In this document: positions 25,022 to 37,431 of the stretch, one piece after another | Layout: each line of letters opens with the position of its first letter | Numbering within the stretch: position 1 is the stretch's first letter | Assembly: GCF_001194135.2 (NCBI RefSeq) | Contig: NC_068992.1 | Span: forward strand, 3,543,895 to 3,588,334 | From: Octopus bimaculoides | Taxonomy: Eukaryota | Direction: 5' to 3' | Length of the DNA stretch: 44,440 nt | Program-made: the position numbers and the translations under genes | Notes under the pieces: model-generated | What the model saw: the letters and a program-made list of their open reading frames with translations, nothing else | Database searches by the model: none | Told to the model about the DNA's origin: nothing

Positions 25022-25110
25022 AGAAGAAGAAGAAGAAGAAGAAGAAGAAGAAGAAGAAGAAGAAGAAGAAGAAGAAGAAGAAGAAGAAGATCAACAACAA
25101 CAACAACAAC
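25022..25110. repeat. (GAA)n followed by (CAA)n
   Basis: Direct inspection; source of the spurious poly-E/poly-Q ORF. Confidence 0.95.
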
Positions 25111-25139
25111 TGAAAATGTTTGTTTATTTGATAAACATG

Positions 25140-25310
25140 CAAGGCTGTGAGGTTACGAAGTTCAGAAGTTCTCTTCGCAGCTGCGTAGTTTCAGAAGTCA
25201 GTCGCCACTGTGCTGAATCTTGAGCAAAGTGCCTTCTAGTAATAACCCCGAAGTAACCAATGCCTTGTGAGTGGATTTGGTAAACAGAAACTGTATGGAA
25301 GCCCTTCTTT
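25140..25310 (+). mobile_element. SINE family B, degenerate
   Basis: GGCTGTGAGGTTACGAAG..TTGAGCAAAGTGCCTTCTAG..GCCTTGTGAGTGGATTTGGTAAACAGAAACTG..GAAGCCC. Confidence 0.65.
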
Positions 25311-25497
25311 AACCTAGATTTTCTAAAGAATTTGGAGTCAGCACTGTAAGTCATGACGATTCGCAAACAAGCGGGCGCAGTCAATCATGTGACGGACACA
25401 AGTCCTATTCTCCTATCTTCGATTGCATTGTTTACCTGAGTATGTCCCACGACCGCGTGTCCGCTGCCCTAACCACTGGGCCATTGCGCCTCCACTG

Positions 25498-25529
<32 letters not shown>

Positions 25530-26049
25530 TGTATGTATGTATGTATGTATAGAGAGCGCTGGAGGAGAGAAGCCATGATGAGTCTGGATTTATCTGCATG
25601 GAGAAGTCAATGGAAGGTCTCCCTAGCGTACTTTTCCAGAGACATTATAAGAGATATAGCGTTTATAAAAATAGTTTTATATTTTAGATCGTGTAAAATC
25701 CATGTGCCCTTCACCCACTTGAGAACATGTAGCAAACTGATTAGTAGATTAACAGCAAAGAGTACAAAACTGGTATTCACTTTCCAGGAGATAAAGGCAA
25801 CTATTAAAATCAGCGAGAAGAACTTTAGCCATTGTGAACATCATTCAACAAATGAAGTTCTCTTCTTGTTCATCAATGTTTCCTAACTTAGCTTTAAATC
25901 TGCTAAAATTACACAATAATCGTTTGTTTACGTTGTTGTTGATGTTGTTGTTGGAGATGGGATAGATTCCTCAAAAAGTTGACAAAATGCTTTGTATTAT
26001 TTCTTCCGGCTCTTGGTGGTTAATAAAAAAAAACATTATTGTTTCCTGC

Positions 26050-26490
26050 TCTTTACGTTCTGAGTTCAAATTCCGCTGAGGTCGATTTTGCCTTTCATCC
26101 TTTCGAGGTCGATAAATTAGGTACCAGTTGCGTACTGGGGTCGATATAATCGACTGCACCACTCCCTTAAAATTTCGGGCCTTCTGCCTAGAATAGAAAA
26201 CATTATTTCTTCCGGTTCTTTACTCTTTGTGGTTAATAAAGAAATACCACTAAGCATTTCGCCGAGGTCGACTTTGCCTTTCATCATTTTTGGAGTCGAT
26301 AAGATAAGTACCAGTCGGACACTGGGGTCTATGTAATCGACTGATGCCTCCTCGCAAATTTCAAGCCTTATGCCTATTGTAGACAGGATTACTATTATAG
26401 TTGTAAAGGCGGCGAGTAGCTGGCAGAACCGTTAGCACGCCGGGCGAAATGCTTTGCAGTATTTCGTCTGTCTTTACGTTCTGAGTTCAA
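26050..26490 (+). mobile_element. Three SINE family A pieces (26050-26198, 26248-26385, 26406-26490)
   Basis: Repeated core GAGGTCGA(T/C)TTTGCCTTTCATC and head GGCGGCGAGTAGCTGGCAGAACCGTTAGCACGCCGGGCG. Confidence 0.85.
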
Positions 26491-26859
26491 ACGCTTCCAT
26501 TGCCCCACACCAAAAAAATGTTATCCTATGTCTGTAAGTAACATGGAGTGCTTCGTACTATGGATTGATTCCCTAAATTATTTATTTAATACATCATCGA
26601 ACATTATATGGCTGCTGTAAGTTCGCAATAATGTAGTGACAGACGGATGAATGCTCTGTTCCTCATTGATATTGTTGCAAACGGTCAACCAAACTTTCCA
26701 CGCGGTACAGTGAATAAAATGAATTAATAATTGATTCTAGTATAAAATGATACGCGCGAAATTTATATGAGAAAGATTTTGTCGATCACATAGTCTTCAG
26801 TATTTTACAGGTAATCTACTTTATGTTGCATTAAAAAAAATTGAAGCTGAAATTTTAAG

Positions 26860-27118
26860 AGGCACCAGTCTGTAGCAGGTGCCACTGATTTTCAATTGAA
26901 TCGCAAGCATCGTGAAATAAAGTGTCTTGTGTAACGACACAACGCTCGGCTCGGTTCGGTTCGGTGGGCTCGGTTCGGTTCGGTGGGCTCGGTTCGGTTC
27001 GGTTCGGCTCGGCTCGGCTCAGATTGGCTCTGCTCGGCTTGGCTCGGTTCAGCTCGGTTCGGCTCGGCTCAGGATTCGAATTCACGGTCTTATGATTGTG
27101 TTTCCAAGAACCTTAACC
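26860..27118 (-). mobile_element. SINE family C with internal (GGYTC)n expansion
   Basis: CATCGTGAAATAAAGTGTCTTG..ACAACGC-[GGCTC/GGTTC]n-AGGATTCGAATTCACGGTCTTATGATTGTG..CCTTAACC. Confidence 0.75.
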
Positions 27119-27606
27119 CACAATGTTATGCACTTCCACACCTTCGACTTATAAATCGACTGAATTCTGATGGACTGACAGTCATATCTTTTCTCAAAAT
27201 ATGCAAAATAGCTATGGTCGGTAAGATTGCTACTCCAGGGAATCGAAACCTAATCGCCGACTCGGTTCTACGTTATTTTAAACATTACAGAGTTTGTCTT
27301 TCATACGAACGTTAGCAACAATGTCTACAATAGCAACCACAGTAACAATGGCAACATTAATAACATTAGAAAAGCGATGAAAACGCCAGCAATTACGGCA
27401 ACGATCATATCAATAAGAACAACATCATCATCATCATTATCATCAACAGTAAGAAAAACAACAGTACATTCATCTATTCCACCTCCACCACAGTCATCAT
27501 AGTGAACAATACGACACTCACTGTCGTCCTCTCTCTCTCTCTCTGTCTGCCTCTGTCTCTGTCTGTCTTTATCTCTTACTCTCTTTGTCTGTCTGTCTGT
27601 CTGTCT

Positions 27607-27638
<32 letters not shown>

Positions 27639-27696
27639 GCCACAGTTATTTAATCTACATTCCACTTCCAACTCATCTAAACAAGCATAAAATAAA

Positions 27697-27753
<57 letters not shown>

Positions 27754-28693
27754 NNNNNNNNNNNNNNNNNNNNNNNNNNNNNNNNNNNNNNNNNNNNNNN
27801 NNNNNNNNNNNNNNNNNNNNNNNNNNNNNNNNNNNNNNNNNNNNNNNNNNNNNNNNNNNNNNNNNNNNNNNNNNNNNNNNNNNNNNNNNNNNNNNNNNNN
27901 NNNNNNNNNNNNNNNNNNNNNNNNNNNNNNNNNNNNNNNNNNNNNNNNNNNNNNNNNNNNNNNNNNNNNNNNNNNNNNNNNNNNNNNNNNNNNNNNNNNN
28001 NNNNNNNNNNNNNNNNNNNNNNNNNNNNNNNNNNNNNNNNNNNNNNNNNNNNNNNNNNNNNNNNNNNNNNNNNNNNNNNNNNNNNNNNNNNNNNNNNNNN
28101 NNNNNNNNNNNNNNNNNNNNNNNNNNNNNNNNNNNNNNNNNNNNNNNNNNNNNNNNNNNNNNNNNNNNNNNNNNNNNNNNNNNNNNNNNNNNNNNNNNNN
28201 NNNNNNNNNNNNNNNNNNNNNNNNNNNNNNNNNNNNNNNNNNNNNNNNNNNNNNNNNNNNNNNNNNNNNNNNNNNNNNNNNNNNNNNNNNNNNNNNNNNN
28301 NNNNNNNNNNNNNNNNNNNNNNNNNNNNNNNNNNNNNNNNNNNNNNNNNNNNNNNNNNNNNNNNNNNNNNNNNNNNNNNNNNNNNNNNNNNNNNNNNNNN
28401 NNNNNNNNNNNNNNNNNNNNNNNNNNNNNNNNNNNNNNNNNNNNNNNNNNNNNNNNNNNNNNNNNNNNNNNNNNNNNNNNNNNNNNNNNNNNNNNNNNNN
28501 NNNNNNNNNNNNNNNNNNNNNNNNNNNNNNNNNNNNNNNNNNNNNNNNNNNNNNNNNNNNNNNNNNNNNNNNNNNNNNNNNNNNNNNNNNNNNNNNNNNN
28601 NNNNNNNNNNNNNNNNNNNNNNNNNNNNNNNNNNNNNNNNNNNNNNNNNNNNNNNNNNNNNNNNNNNNNNNNNNNNNNNNNNNNNNNNNNNNN

Positions 28694-28724
<31 letters not shown>

Positions 28725-28914
28725 CAAGGTGTTCAAAAAGTCTCTCCGTACTAAGTACTTTATTGCATAATAAATATTTATAGGATGGTATAAGACTACA
28801 AAAGAATATACCAGACTTTACAAGACTGCTCACAATGTTATAGCAGAAAGTGTTACTTGCCTAAAAAGACGCATAGTAAGATAGAACAAAATGCAACATG
28901 GTCACTATAAGAAC

Positions 28915-29130
28915 TTACCACCACACATGTGAACCTATGTCCTTTAATCCCACAGCTTAGTTTGCGTCCTTTGATTCTTATCCATAAGCCGCAATGATTA
29001 GCACCATATAACCATCGTCTCTGTAAATCCCTAATTTTGTGTCATTGAAAGAAATCAATAGAGCCTTGCAAATAACTCGCTTCGATCTGGCTTCGATAAC
29101 TCGTTGAGAATTGTTTGACAATTTCTCTTC
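28915..29130 (-). pseudogene. Possible decayed PLE reverse transcriptase fragment (YRDD motif)
   Basis: LGIYRDDGYMVL at 29011-29034, preceded by ILNELSK and followed by LKDIG. Stops and frameshifts are present. Confidence 0.4.
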
Positions 29131-29246
29131 CTTTACCTTTGCAACATTTTTTCAGGACTGTCCTTCAGAGACAAGAGATATGTATTTACTATTCGTAAAC
29201 ATTTTATAATATTTCATCTCGCTGTAGCTTTGGTTTTGTACCTTAT

Positions 29247-29409
29247 GGGCGCAGGCCTTGTTGTGTGGTTAAGAAGCTTGCTTTGCAGTCACATGGTTTC
29301 GCGTTCAGTTTCACTGTACAGCACCTTGTGTAAGTATCTTCTACTACAGCCCCGGGACAAACAATGCCTTGTATGTGAATTTGATAAAGGAAAACTGTGG
29401 AAACCTCTC

Positions 29410-29410
<1 letters not shown>
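29247..29410 (+). mobile_element. SINE family B
   Basis: GGGCGCAGGCCTTGTTGTGTGGTTAAGAAGCTTGCTTTGCAGTCACATGGTTTCGCGTTCAG..GTAAGTATCTTCTACTACAGCCCGGG. Confidence 0.75.
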
Positions 29411-29451
<41 letters not shown>

Positions 29452-29689
29452 NNNNNNNNNNNNNNNNNNNNNNNNNNNNNNNNNNNNNNNNNNNNNNNNN
29501 NNNNNNNNNNNNNNNNNNNNNNNNNNNNNNNNNNNNNNNNNNNNNNNNNNNNNNNNNNNNNNNNNNNNNNNNNNNNNNNNNNNNNNNNNNNNNNNNNNNN
29601 NNNNNNNNNNNNNNNNNNNNNNNNNNNNNNNNNNNNNNNNNNNNNNNNNNNNNNNNNNNNNNNNNNNNNNNNNNNNNNNNNNNNNNNNN

Positions 29690-29747
<58 letters not shown>

Positions 29748-30054
29748 CCTGGTAATCTATATCATGCTTTCCTTAATTGCTATTGGTACCTACGGCCTAT
29801 GTAGTTACGATCAGACATGCAAGATCTCTCGAGCCTTCCTCACAATATCCCAGTAGAACACCGTCAATGCAACAGCTGAAGGAATAGTGGGCTGCACCAG
29901 CCGGTTTGAGTCGAGAGGGTAAGAAATGTGCTGTGTATGTGTGCCGGGGAGCATGAATGGTGAATGTAAGAGACAGGTTAGCCCTAAGGAAAAGAGGCCA
30001 TTAAAACAAGGTAAAATGCAGAGAAAGGGGCAGCATGCCCTTGAGGTGGTATTA

Positions 30055-30190
30055 GTTTGCAGGTGAGTAGACTGGAGCAGTGTGAAACGATGTGCCCTAC
30101 TCCAAGAAACAATGCGTCGCTCGGTCTAGAAATCGAACTCATGACCTTATTATCCTGAACAAAACATCCCTAACCACTTGGCCACACGTC
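30055..30190 (-). mobile_element. SINE family C 5' part
   Basis: GTGAGTAGACTGGAGCAGTGTGAAAC..CAAGAAACAATGCGTCGCTCGG..AATCGAACTCATGACCTT..CCCTAACCACTTGGCCACACG. Confidence 0.7.
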
Positions 30191-31034
30191 CGAAGAGATC
30201 ACCGTTTCTCGTAAATTACAGAAACTTAATCCGAATATTCATCTCAATGAGAATATTCACCTCTATTAAGATTATAAAGGTTGCAGGATTTACATTTGGC
30301 AGAGTAAATAATACTTTTGTCTAAAATTGTGACATATGTTTCTCATATGTAATAGGACGAGACACGATCGGTTATCGGTGATCGATGTAAATTTGCCTCA
30401 TACGTAAAAGGACATTTAATCTATCAACCATCTATTGATATAGGATTAAATATGATAAATTACATGATCTATTTAGACAAAATATATCCGGATATGCAAT
30501 CTCTTATTTTATTGGTATGTTCCAATAAGCCATAAAGCATGTTACAAATGAACCAGTAAGGAAAGGCTTGGGAGACGATTAATGTTTGTCACCTCGTAAA
30601 ATATTATGTGTGCGATAAATACGAAAGTACAATACGGATACCACCAAATTTTGCGCGCGCGCACACACACACATACCCAAACACACACACACACTCACAC
30701 ACACACACACACACACACAATAATACACACACAGACATACACTCATTCACGCATATGCACAAGGACACACATGGGCGCTCACACACACACACTCACAATA
30801 ATGCACACAAACACACACATTCACACAAACGCACACATATTCACAAAGACACACACACACACATAAAGACACACATATACACCTTTATAGGCAACAGTAA
30901 CTAGACACGCATGCTTTGATTAAAATACATCTTAATTCGTCCAGTCGAGGTATTTGTGCGCTGAAAGTGGTCGACATCTAATTAGAAATTAATCTGGCAA
31001 CGACCAACAATAATGATTTAGGGAAACAGAAACA

Positions 31035-31085
<51 letters not shown>

Positions 31086-31126
31086 GCCTTTTTCCCTCTG
31101 ACTCTCTCTCCTTCTCTCTCTCTATA

Positions 31127-31182
<56 letters not shown>

Positions 31183-31254
31183 CACACACAAAGGAATCAG
31201 TACAAGCCTGAGTCAATTAGGCTACATTAAAGTTCATTTTTGAGTCATATAAAC

Positions 31255-31745
31255 TCATAGGGCCAGTTTCTCGGTTTCCATGGGGTATATATTTCTCATC
31301 TGAACGGGACGCTGGTCTGTCGTAGGGTTACGCTTTTTCGCCAGCTGAGCAGAATGGAGCAACGTGAAATGAAGTTTTTTGCTCAAGACAACAACGCGTC
31401 GCCCGGTCCAGCAATTGAAACCACAATCTTACGATCATGAGTCCAGCATCTTTAACCACTAAGCCACACGCCTCCGCAATTAGTCTACATAACCAGGCAA
31501 TATTTGGAAGAATCCACACAAATCCACGCATACACTGTGCCACTCGGTCGTAATAACGACGAAGGCTCTAATTGGGTCAATCATCGGAATAGCCTGCTCA
31601 TGAAATTAACGCTCAAGTGGCTGAGTGCTCCACAGACACGCGTAGCCTTCACATTGTCCTCTGGGAAATTCCGTGTGACACACTGAATGTGACAAAGCTG
31701 ACCATTTGAAAAAACACACAACTCATATTTGTCAGCTGAGTGGAC
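31255..31745 (-). mobile_element. SINE family C (31255-31480) plus adjacent related fragments (31560-31745)
   Basis: GCCAGCTGAGCAGAATGGAGCAACGTGAAATGAAG..GCTCAAGACAACAACGCGTCGCCCGGTCC..TTTAACCACTAAGCCACACGCCTCC. Further family C fragments at 3300-3390, 10335-10400 and 33400-33465. Confidence 0.75.
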
Positions 31746-31811
31746 TACTGCATAAAGTAAGCACGCACGCACGCACACACACACGCACACACACACACAT
31801 ACATACACATT

Positions 31812-31896
<85 letters not shown>

Positions 31897-32739
31897 ACAA
31901 AGTAAATTTCCAAATTAGGTTGGTAGGGATGTATTATCCTAGCGGGTACCGTATTCACTTTTACCGGTTAATAATGGTGGCTAACCTCTGTGAGTGCAGA
32001 AAAACTGCAGTTAGTTTATTTTACTATCCTCAGTAGATCTTCACATCGGTAAATCCATATGTCTCTATAGAGACTGCATGTTGTCGGTAGAGAAGAAATA
32101 ATATACTTGCTTCTTACTTTCTATATGGAGTTTAAAACTAGCTCATTTGCCCTAATCTATAGAAAGTTACCTATATTTGTAATATATATCATCACCTAAT
32201 CTTTACCCGTTAGTCGTGTTTTAAATAGACCTGACTCCTAGAACAATTACATATTAAAAATTGGTAAGAATACAATACCCACGTATCTCTAAAGTCCACC
32301 ATTTTCTTTATTAAGTTCTTATTTTTTCTTATTGTGCTACTGATGAGTAATCTTTTACAATTCAGATTCTGAAGATTAATTTATTATCTTTCTGTACGAA
32401 ACGATCGTCTAGCGAATTGAATAAATATTTTATCAAATCTCCATTTATGAAAATATGACTGAATATGTCGAACTTCGTTCTATTACTTAAACCATATACT
32501 TGATATATATATATATATANNNNNNNNNNNNNNNNNNNNNNNNNNNNNNNNNNNNNNNNNNNNNNNNNNNNNNNNNNNNNNNNNNNNNNNNNNNNNNNNN
32601 NNNNNNNNNNNNNNNNNNNNNNNNNNNNNNNNNNNNNNNNNNNNNNNNNNNNNNNNNNNNNNNNNNNNNNNNNNNNNNNNNNNNNNNNNNNNNNNNNNNN
32701 NNNNNNNNNNNNNNNNNNNNNNNCTCCAAATATATATAT

Positions 32740-32780
<41 letters not shown>

Positions 32781-32785
<5 letters not shown>

Positions 32786-32932
32786 TTGAAAAAAATGAAC
32801 AAAAATGGCTTTTCTGGTAATTGTCCCACTTTGATAATTAGATGCTTATACCTTTTGTAAACTTATAAACATCGAATTATTAAAGTGGAAAAATTATCAA
32901 AAGAGCCATTTCTATTCATTTTTTCAAATATA
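32781..32932. mobile_element. About 150 bp AT-rich foldback MITE
   Basis: TATATTTGAAAAAAATGAACAAAAATGGCTTTTCTGGTAATTGTCCCACTTTGATAATT versus rc right arm TATATTTGAAAAAATGAATAGAAATGGCTCTTTTGATAATTTTTCCACTTTAATAATT. Confidence 0.75.
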
Positions 32933-33164
32933 TCGGGTTGGCCAAGAGTCAGCTGACAGTAAATCAAACCCATTGAATTCCAAGATTTATTTATGTTTAA
33001 CAATTGAATGAATTTAATAAAAGCATCTAACTATGAGGCATCATGAAAATTGTTCAAACTGAAGTCCTTCTTGAGCGACACATTTTCCAATCGAGTCAAT
33101 ACAGAATTACAGATAGCATTTATGGAATTTTGATTTACTGTCGGATGACTTTTGACCATCCCTG
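32933..33164. mobile_element. Tc1/mariner-type MITE with about 36 bp TIRs
   Basis: Left TCGGGTTGGCCAAGAGTCAGCTGACAGTAAATCAAA versus rc right CAGGGATGGTCAAAAGTCATCCGACAGTAAATCAAA, flanked by TA. Confidence 0.8.
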
Positions 33165-33283
33165 TATAATACTGTAGCAAAGATTTTGTATTTTCTATTC
33201 CACTATATATATATATATGTATATATGAACACACACAAATATGAATATATGTGTGTGAATATGTATGTATTGAGGTTCTCTAG

Positions 33284-33375
33284 GAAATGCTTATCTAGAT
33301 AAGCATTTCGCAGTAAAATCATAAATGCAGGAAGATCTTCAATAGACGTTGAAGATACTTATTAAAGTGTCTCGC
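33284..33375 (+). mobile_element. Short PLE fragment homologous to 35340-35421, inverted relative to it
   Basis: GAAATGCTTATCTAGATAAGCATTTCGCAGTAAAATCATAAATGCAGGAAGATCTTCAATAGACG aligns with the reverse complement of 35350-35421 (LDKHF..RKIFNR). Confidence 0.7.
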
Positions 33376-33554
33376 ACAAGGGTATAAAAGCGCTGCTGGG
33401 AATTGAACTCACGACCTTACAACCGTGAGACCAATACCCTAACCACTAATCCACGCGCCTTCAGTATACGTATACGAACACATATGCACATACATATCAA
33501 AATTCTGGGTTACGTTCCATTTCTTCTTCTTTTTTTTTGTCTTTTATACAAATA

Positions 33555-33768
33555 TTCGTTTCTACTCTAGGCAGAAGGACCGAAATTTTGTGGGAGGGGG
33601 CCAGTGCATTAGATCGACCCAGTACGCAACTGATACTTATTTTATCGAGCCGAAAGGATGAAAGGCAAAGTCGACCTCGACAGAATTTGAACTCAGAACG
33701 TAAGGACAGACGAAATACCTCTACGCGTTTAGCCCGGCATACTAACTATTCTGCCAGCTCACCGCCTT
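33555..33768 (-). mobile_element. SINE family A, full length
   Basis: Closely matches 3826-4040. Confidence 0.9.
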
Positions 33769-34174
33769 TATTTTTATGCAAATATTCAAAAGGTCTTATA
33801 TTTCGAGTGCATAGAGTCGGAAGTACTTATAGCATGGCTGCACGAAACATTTGAGTATAAATTCCTTGTCCGGGTTTTCATGTTAACACGTGCATACTGG
33901 CTGGCGTGTGCAAAAAACGTCCGACACCATACACATCATGCACACAGACACTAAAATACATGCAAGTCCACACACATACATAAGCATACATTACATATGC
34001 TTTTATGCAAAATATGTTTGGATCTATGGGGTGGGAGTGAAGAGTGAGCGTATGTGTGTGTGTGTGCGTGCGTGCAGGCATGTATGTATGTATGTAACAG
34101 AGCAGCTGTAACATCAGCCACTAGTTCATGTTACCCACGCCTTTGGATGTGTGCATACACACAAACTCAACCAT

Positions 34175-34210
<36 letters not shown>

Positions 34211-34282
34211 TACATAAATATATAGAATAGCAGCCTTGTTTCATTGCTGGCAGCAAACTGTTCACATTAAATTCTTGATCAC

Positions 34283-34902
34283 AGTGTCTCCAGACTCACA
34301 CTCGACCACTGCCAGAAAATACAGCAAATCTGAACTGATCAGAGAATATGAAAATGTCCCCAAATGCTAGTGGCCCCTCCATCATCTTAGTGACCCAATC
34401 TTTTCTCCGCTTGATGTTGGCTGGTCGAAGAAGTAGCTTCATTCTTGCTGCTCTGTCATAATAACCAAGTGTGTGGAGATACCTGACAGCTGTTCTGGGA
34501 CTGACATCAACTTATTCTGCTATGTCAGAATCCTTGCAACGAGGATTATCCTACACACTTCTCTTAGCAAAGAGAAGGGTCCTGTCAGAGGGCCCTGATT
34601 GATCTGGGCGAGGTGATGTAGATTCCTTCTGGTCTTTGGTGAATTGCACAATCGCTCTATTAACTGTAGAAAGTGGGGTCCCAAAGTTTTCAGCGATTTT
34701 ACGCTATGTCCACCTTCGGAATGACCCACAATACGGCCTCTTTGAAATTCAGACAGTTCCGAAGCTGTTTTTGAACGTGGCATAATTAGACAATGACAAT
34801 CTGGAACATAAAAGTGTCAATTAATAAGAAATATAAACCTTTACAAGTTAGATTAAACATAAGACGATGTTTTATGGGGTGCCTATTTACTCCATGTCTG
34901 TG
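34283..34902 (-). mobile_element. Tc1-family DNA transposon, 5' portion (TIR, HTH, start of DDE), decayed
   Basis: TA-CACAGACATGGAGTAAATAGGCACCCC end at 34902, ATG at 34783 (MPRSKTASELSEFQRGRIVG), then VSPRTAVRYLHTLGY..LLRPANIKRRKDW..FIFSDQFRF..GRV.VW. Stops and frameshifts are present. Confidence 0.88.
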
Positions 34903-34934
34903 TATATATACAGGGTGCGCAAGGTATATATATA

Positions 34935-35404
34935 TGTATATTCAGCAGTGTGGCGGAATTCTTAGATCTAAAAAGGATATGAGATCTCTCAGCTACGCAT
35001 ATCTAGCGTTTCTCTTTGATCCACTAACACATGGCATGAATTTTTCTACGATTTTCCACTTGATTGTGTGTGGCGCAGAGTTGGTCTTCAGGCACCATAC
35101 GTGACTTGCTAACTTAGTGGCTTCACTTTTATCCATATGTCAGCAAGATGATAGGTGGTTAGCATTGCGTCTTTAAAACCACCTTGCCACAGCGTTAATG
35201 CAACTTGTACCCCTTGTACGACAGAAGTTATCATGCAGCCCTGGTCGAGTGGGCAAGCTCTGGGCGTCGACAACTGGGAGTGGGCCGCAGGTGGTGTTTG
35301 TGTGTAATGATGTTCTTCATATTAGGATGGCAGCTATATATTAGTTAATTGAGCGTCTGTTGAGGATCTTCCTATATGTGTGATTTTCTGGGAAATGCTT
35401 ATCT
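34935..35404 (-). pseudogene. Penelope-like element ORF C-terminus relic (GIY-YIG endonuclease region), frameshifted
   Basis: Minus-strand frames read LDKHFPENHTYRKILNRRSI, YSCHPNMKNII, CPLDQGCMITSVV, NHLSS, TKLASHVWCLK..IKWKIVEK and ICVAERSHIL..LLN, in the order typical of PLE ORFs. Confidence 0.8.
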
Positions 35405-35430
35405 AGATAAGCATTTCCCAGGGAATCACA

Positions 35431-35465
<35 letters not shown>

Positions 35466-36098
35466 CACATTCATTCTTGCATCATATGTTATCTACGATT
35501 GTCAAAATAGTTCAGATATATGTTATATTTCCTATTTTCTCCTAATTAAAATTCCTTATATCCTACTTTTTCGATCAATACTACAAATATTACACTATTA
35601 CAGGTTTCAACTTCCTTGCATACATACATACATACATACATACATACATACATACATACATACATACATACATTCATACACGCATAATGCATACATACAA
35701 ACATACATACATACATACACGTGTGAGTGTGTATACACATACACACATACATCCATGCATACATATATAAACATATGCGCAGATATACATATCTATATCT
35801 ATATCTACCTATCTATCTGTCTGTCTGTCTGTCTGTCTGTATGTCTATCTATCTATCTATCTATCTATCTGTCTGTCTGTCCGTCCGTCTGTCCGTCTGT
35901 CCGTCCGTCCGTCCGTCCGTCTGTCTGTCCGTCCGTCCGTCCGTCCGTCTGTCTGTCCATCTCTTTATAAATCTATGTATTTAACCCACAAGGAACAACG
36001 ATATAATGTTATCTTCAGTGTCTCATTTCACACATATTAATGTATTTATTTTAATGATTCCACTTAATTTTATTGAGTGTTTCGTGGAACTAACCCCC

Positions 36099-36152
<54 letters not shown>

Positions 36153-36666
36153 NNNNNNNNNNNNNNNNNNNNNNNNNNNNNNNNNNNNNNNNNNNNNNNN
36201 NNNNNNNNNNNNNNNNNNNNNNNNNNNNNNNNNNNNNNNNNNNNNNNNNNNNNNNNNNNNNNNNNNNNNNNNNNNNNNNNNNNNNNNNNNNNNNNNNNNN
36301 NNNNNNNNNNNNNNNNNNNNNNNNNNNNNNNNNNNNNNNNNNNNNNNNNNNNNNNNNNNNNNNNNNNNNNNNNNNNNNNNNNNNNNNNNNNNNNNNNNNN
36401 NNNNNNNNNNNNNNNNNNNNNNNNNNNNNNNNNNNNNNNNNNNNNNNNNNNNNNNNNNNNNNNNNNNNNNNNNNNNNNNNNNNNNNNNNNNNNNNNNNNN
36501 NNNNNNNNNNNNNNNNNNNNNNNNNNNNNNNNNNNNNNNNNNNNNNNNNNNNNNNNNNNNNNNNNNNNNGCCTGGTAATATTCTATCGTTCACTTTTGTC
36601 GAACCGTCATGCTACGGGGACGTAAACACAACATCAGCTGTCAAGCACTCATGTGGAACATCTCCA

Positions 36667-36705
<39 letters not shown>

Positions 36706-37395
36706 CTACACACATCTCTCTTAGAAAATCGAAAGAGTATATTTTAGATTAAAAAAGCCTCGTATTTATCTTAATTTTGAAAAATAAAAGTATTAAGAAC
36801 CGCATTATTTCTAGGATGGCCCAATGCTATAGCGACTGGGAGAGTGGCAAAAATGTTGTACAAGCTTTTATCACCTAAATCGATTGATGTACAGATGTCT
36901 CATTATCGAATGCGAGAGAGCTACCATGTAATACACGAGATTGTCTCGTAAGATGAAGCATGTGTGTGTGTATGTGTGTATGTGTATATATACATATGTA
37001 TATCTAATATATCTATCTATCTATCTATCTATCTATATCTAATATATATATGCATGTATATATTTATCGAATATAAATGTGTACGTGCGTATATATATAT
37101 GTATATACATACATACATATATGAGCATATATGTATATACATATCGAATACACTCATATATATACATACGTACATGCACACACGTACACGTCAAGGTTAT
37201 CAGCCCTCTTCCACACTCACATACATCCGCTTTTATATACACGCACGCGCACCTTCGTTTTGGGATCACCACTACTTTATTATCTCCCCTTCTTCTTAGC
37301 TCTCTTGTATGACCCTTCTGTCCGGCATTCGCCATGATAAATCGCTAGCCACTACACATACTTTATTTTCTCTATTTGTTTTTTTTTCTGTGTTC

Positions 37396-37431
37396 CTTTC
37401 TGTGGAAGAGCGTAGACTCGAAACGTTAAAG
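37396..37431 (+). ncRNA. Minimal type I hammerhead ribozyme-like motif (PLE type), A6U core variant
   Basis: CTTT-CTGTGGA-A-GAG(CGTAGA)CTC-GAAAC-GTT-AAAG. Stem I CTTT/AAAG, stem II GAG/CTC, palindromic AACGTT stem III, GUU triplet at 37425-37427. Confidence 0.7.

Noticed and set aside
25550-25890. 125-aa plus ORF and hydrophobic minus-strand open frame
   Set aside because: It starts in a microsatellite, with no recognisable motif and no convincing splice boundaries.
28725-28750. Mariner-like TIR start (TA-CAAGGTGTTCAAAAAGT)
   Set aside because: No partner TIR or transposase is visible.
28919-29030. Open minus-strand segment ending at a GTAAGT donor (DLQRRWLYGANHCGLWIRIKGRKLSCGIKGHRFTCVV)
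   Set aside because: It overlaps the YRDD PLE-RT-like motif in another frame, the acceptor is weak and no homology is recognised.
30055-30068. Perfect CAG|GTGAGT donor on the + strand
   Set aside because: It lies at the CAGCTGAGT position of a family C SINE (single substitution), with no convincing upstream acceptor.
30233-30460. Two GAATATTC palindromes, a CATATG hairpin and an AT-rich foldback
   Set aside because: Short AT-rich palindromes are expected by chance, and there are too few contiguous nGAAn units for a heat-shock element.
32127-32166. Possible 40-nt minus-strand exon (IRANELVLKLHIE) with GTAAGA donor; coordinates approximate
   Set aside because: Modest acceptor, it does not phase with the other candidates, and no homology is recognised.
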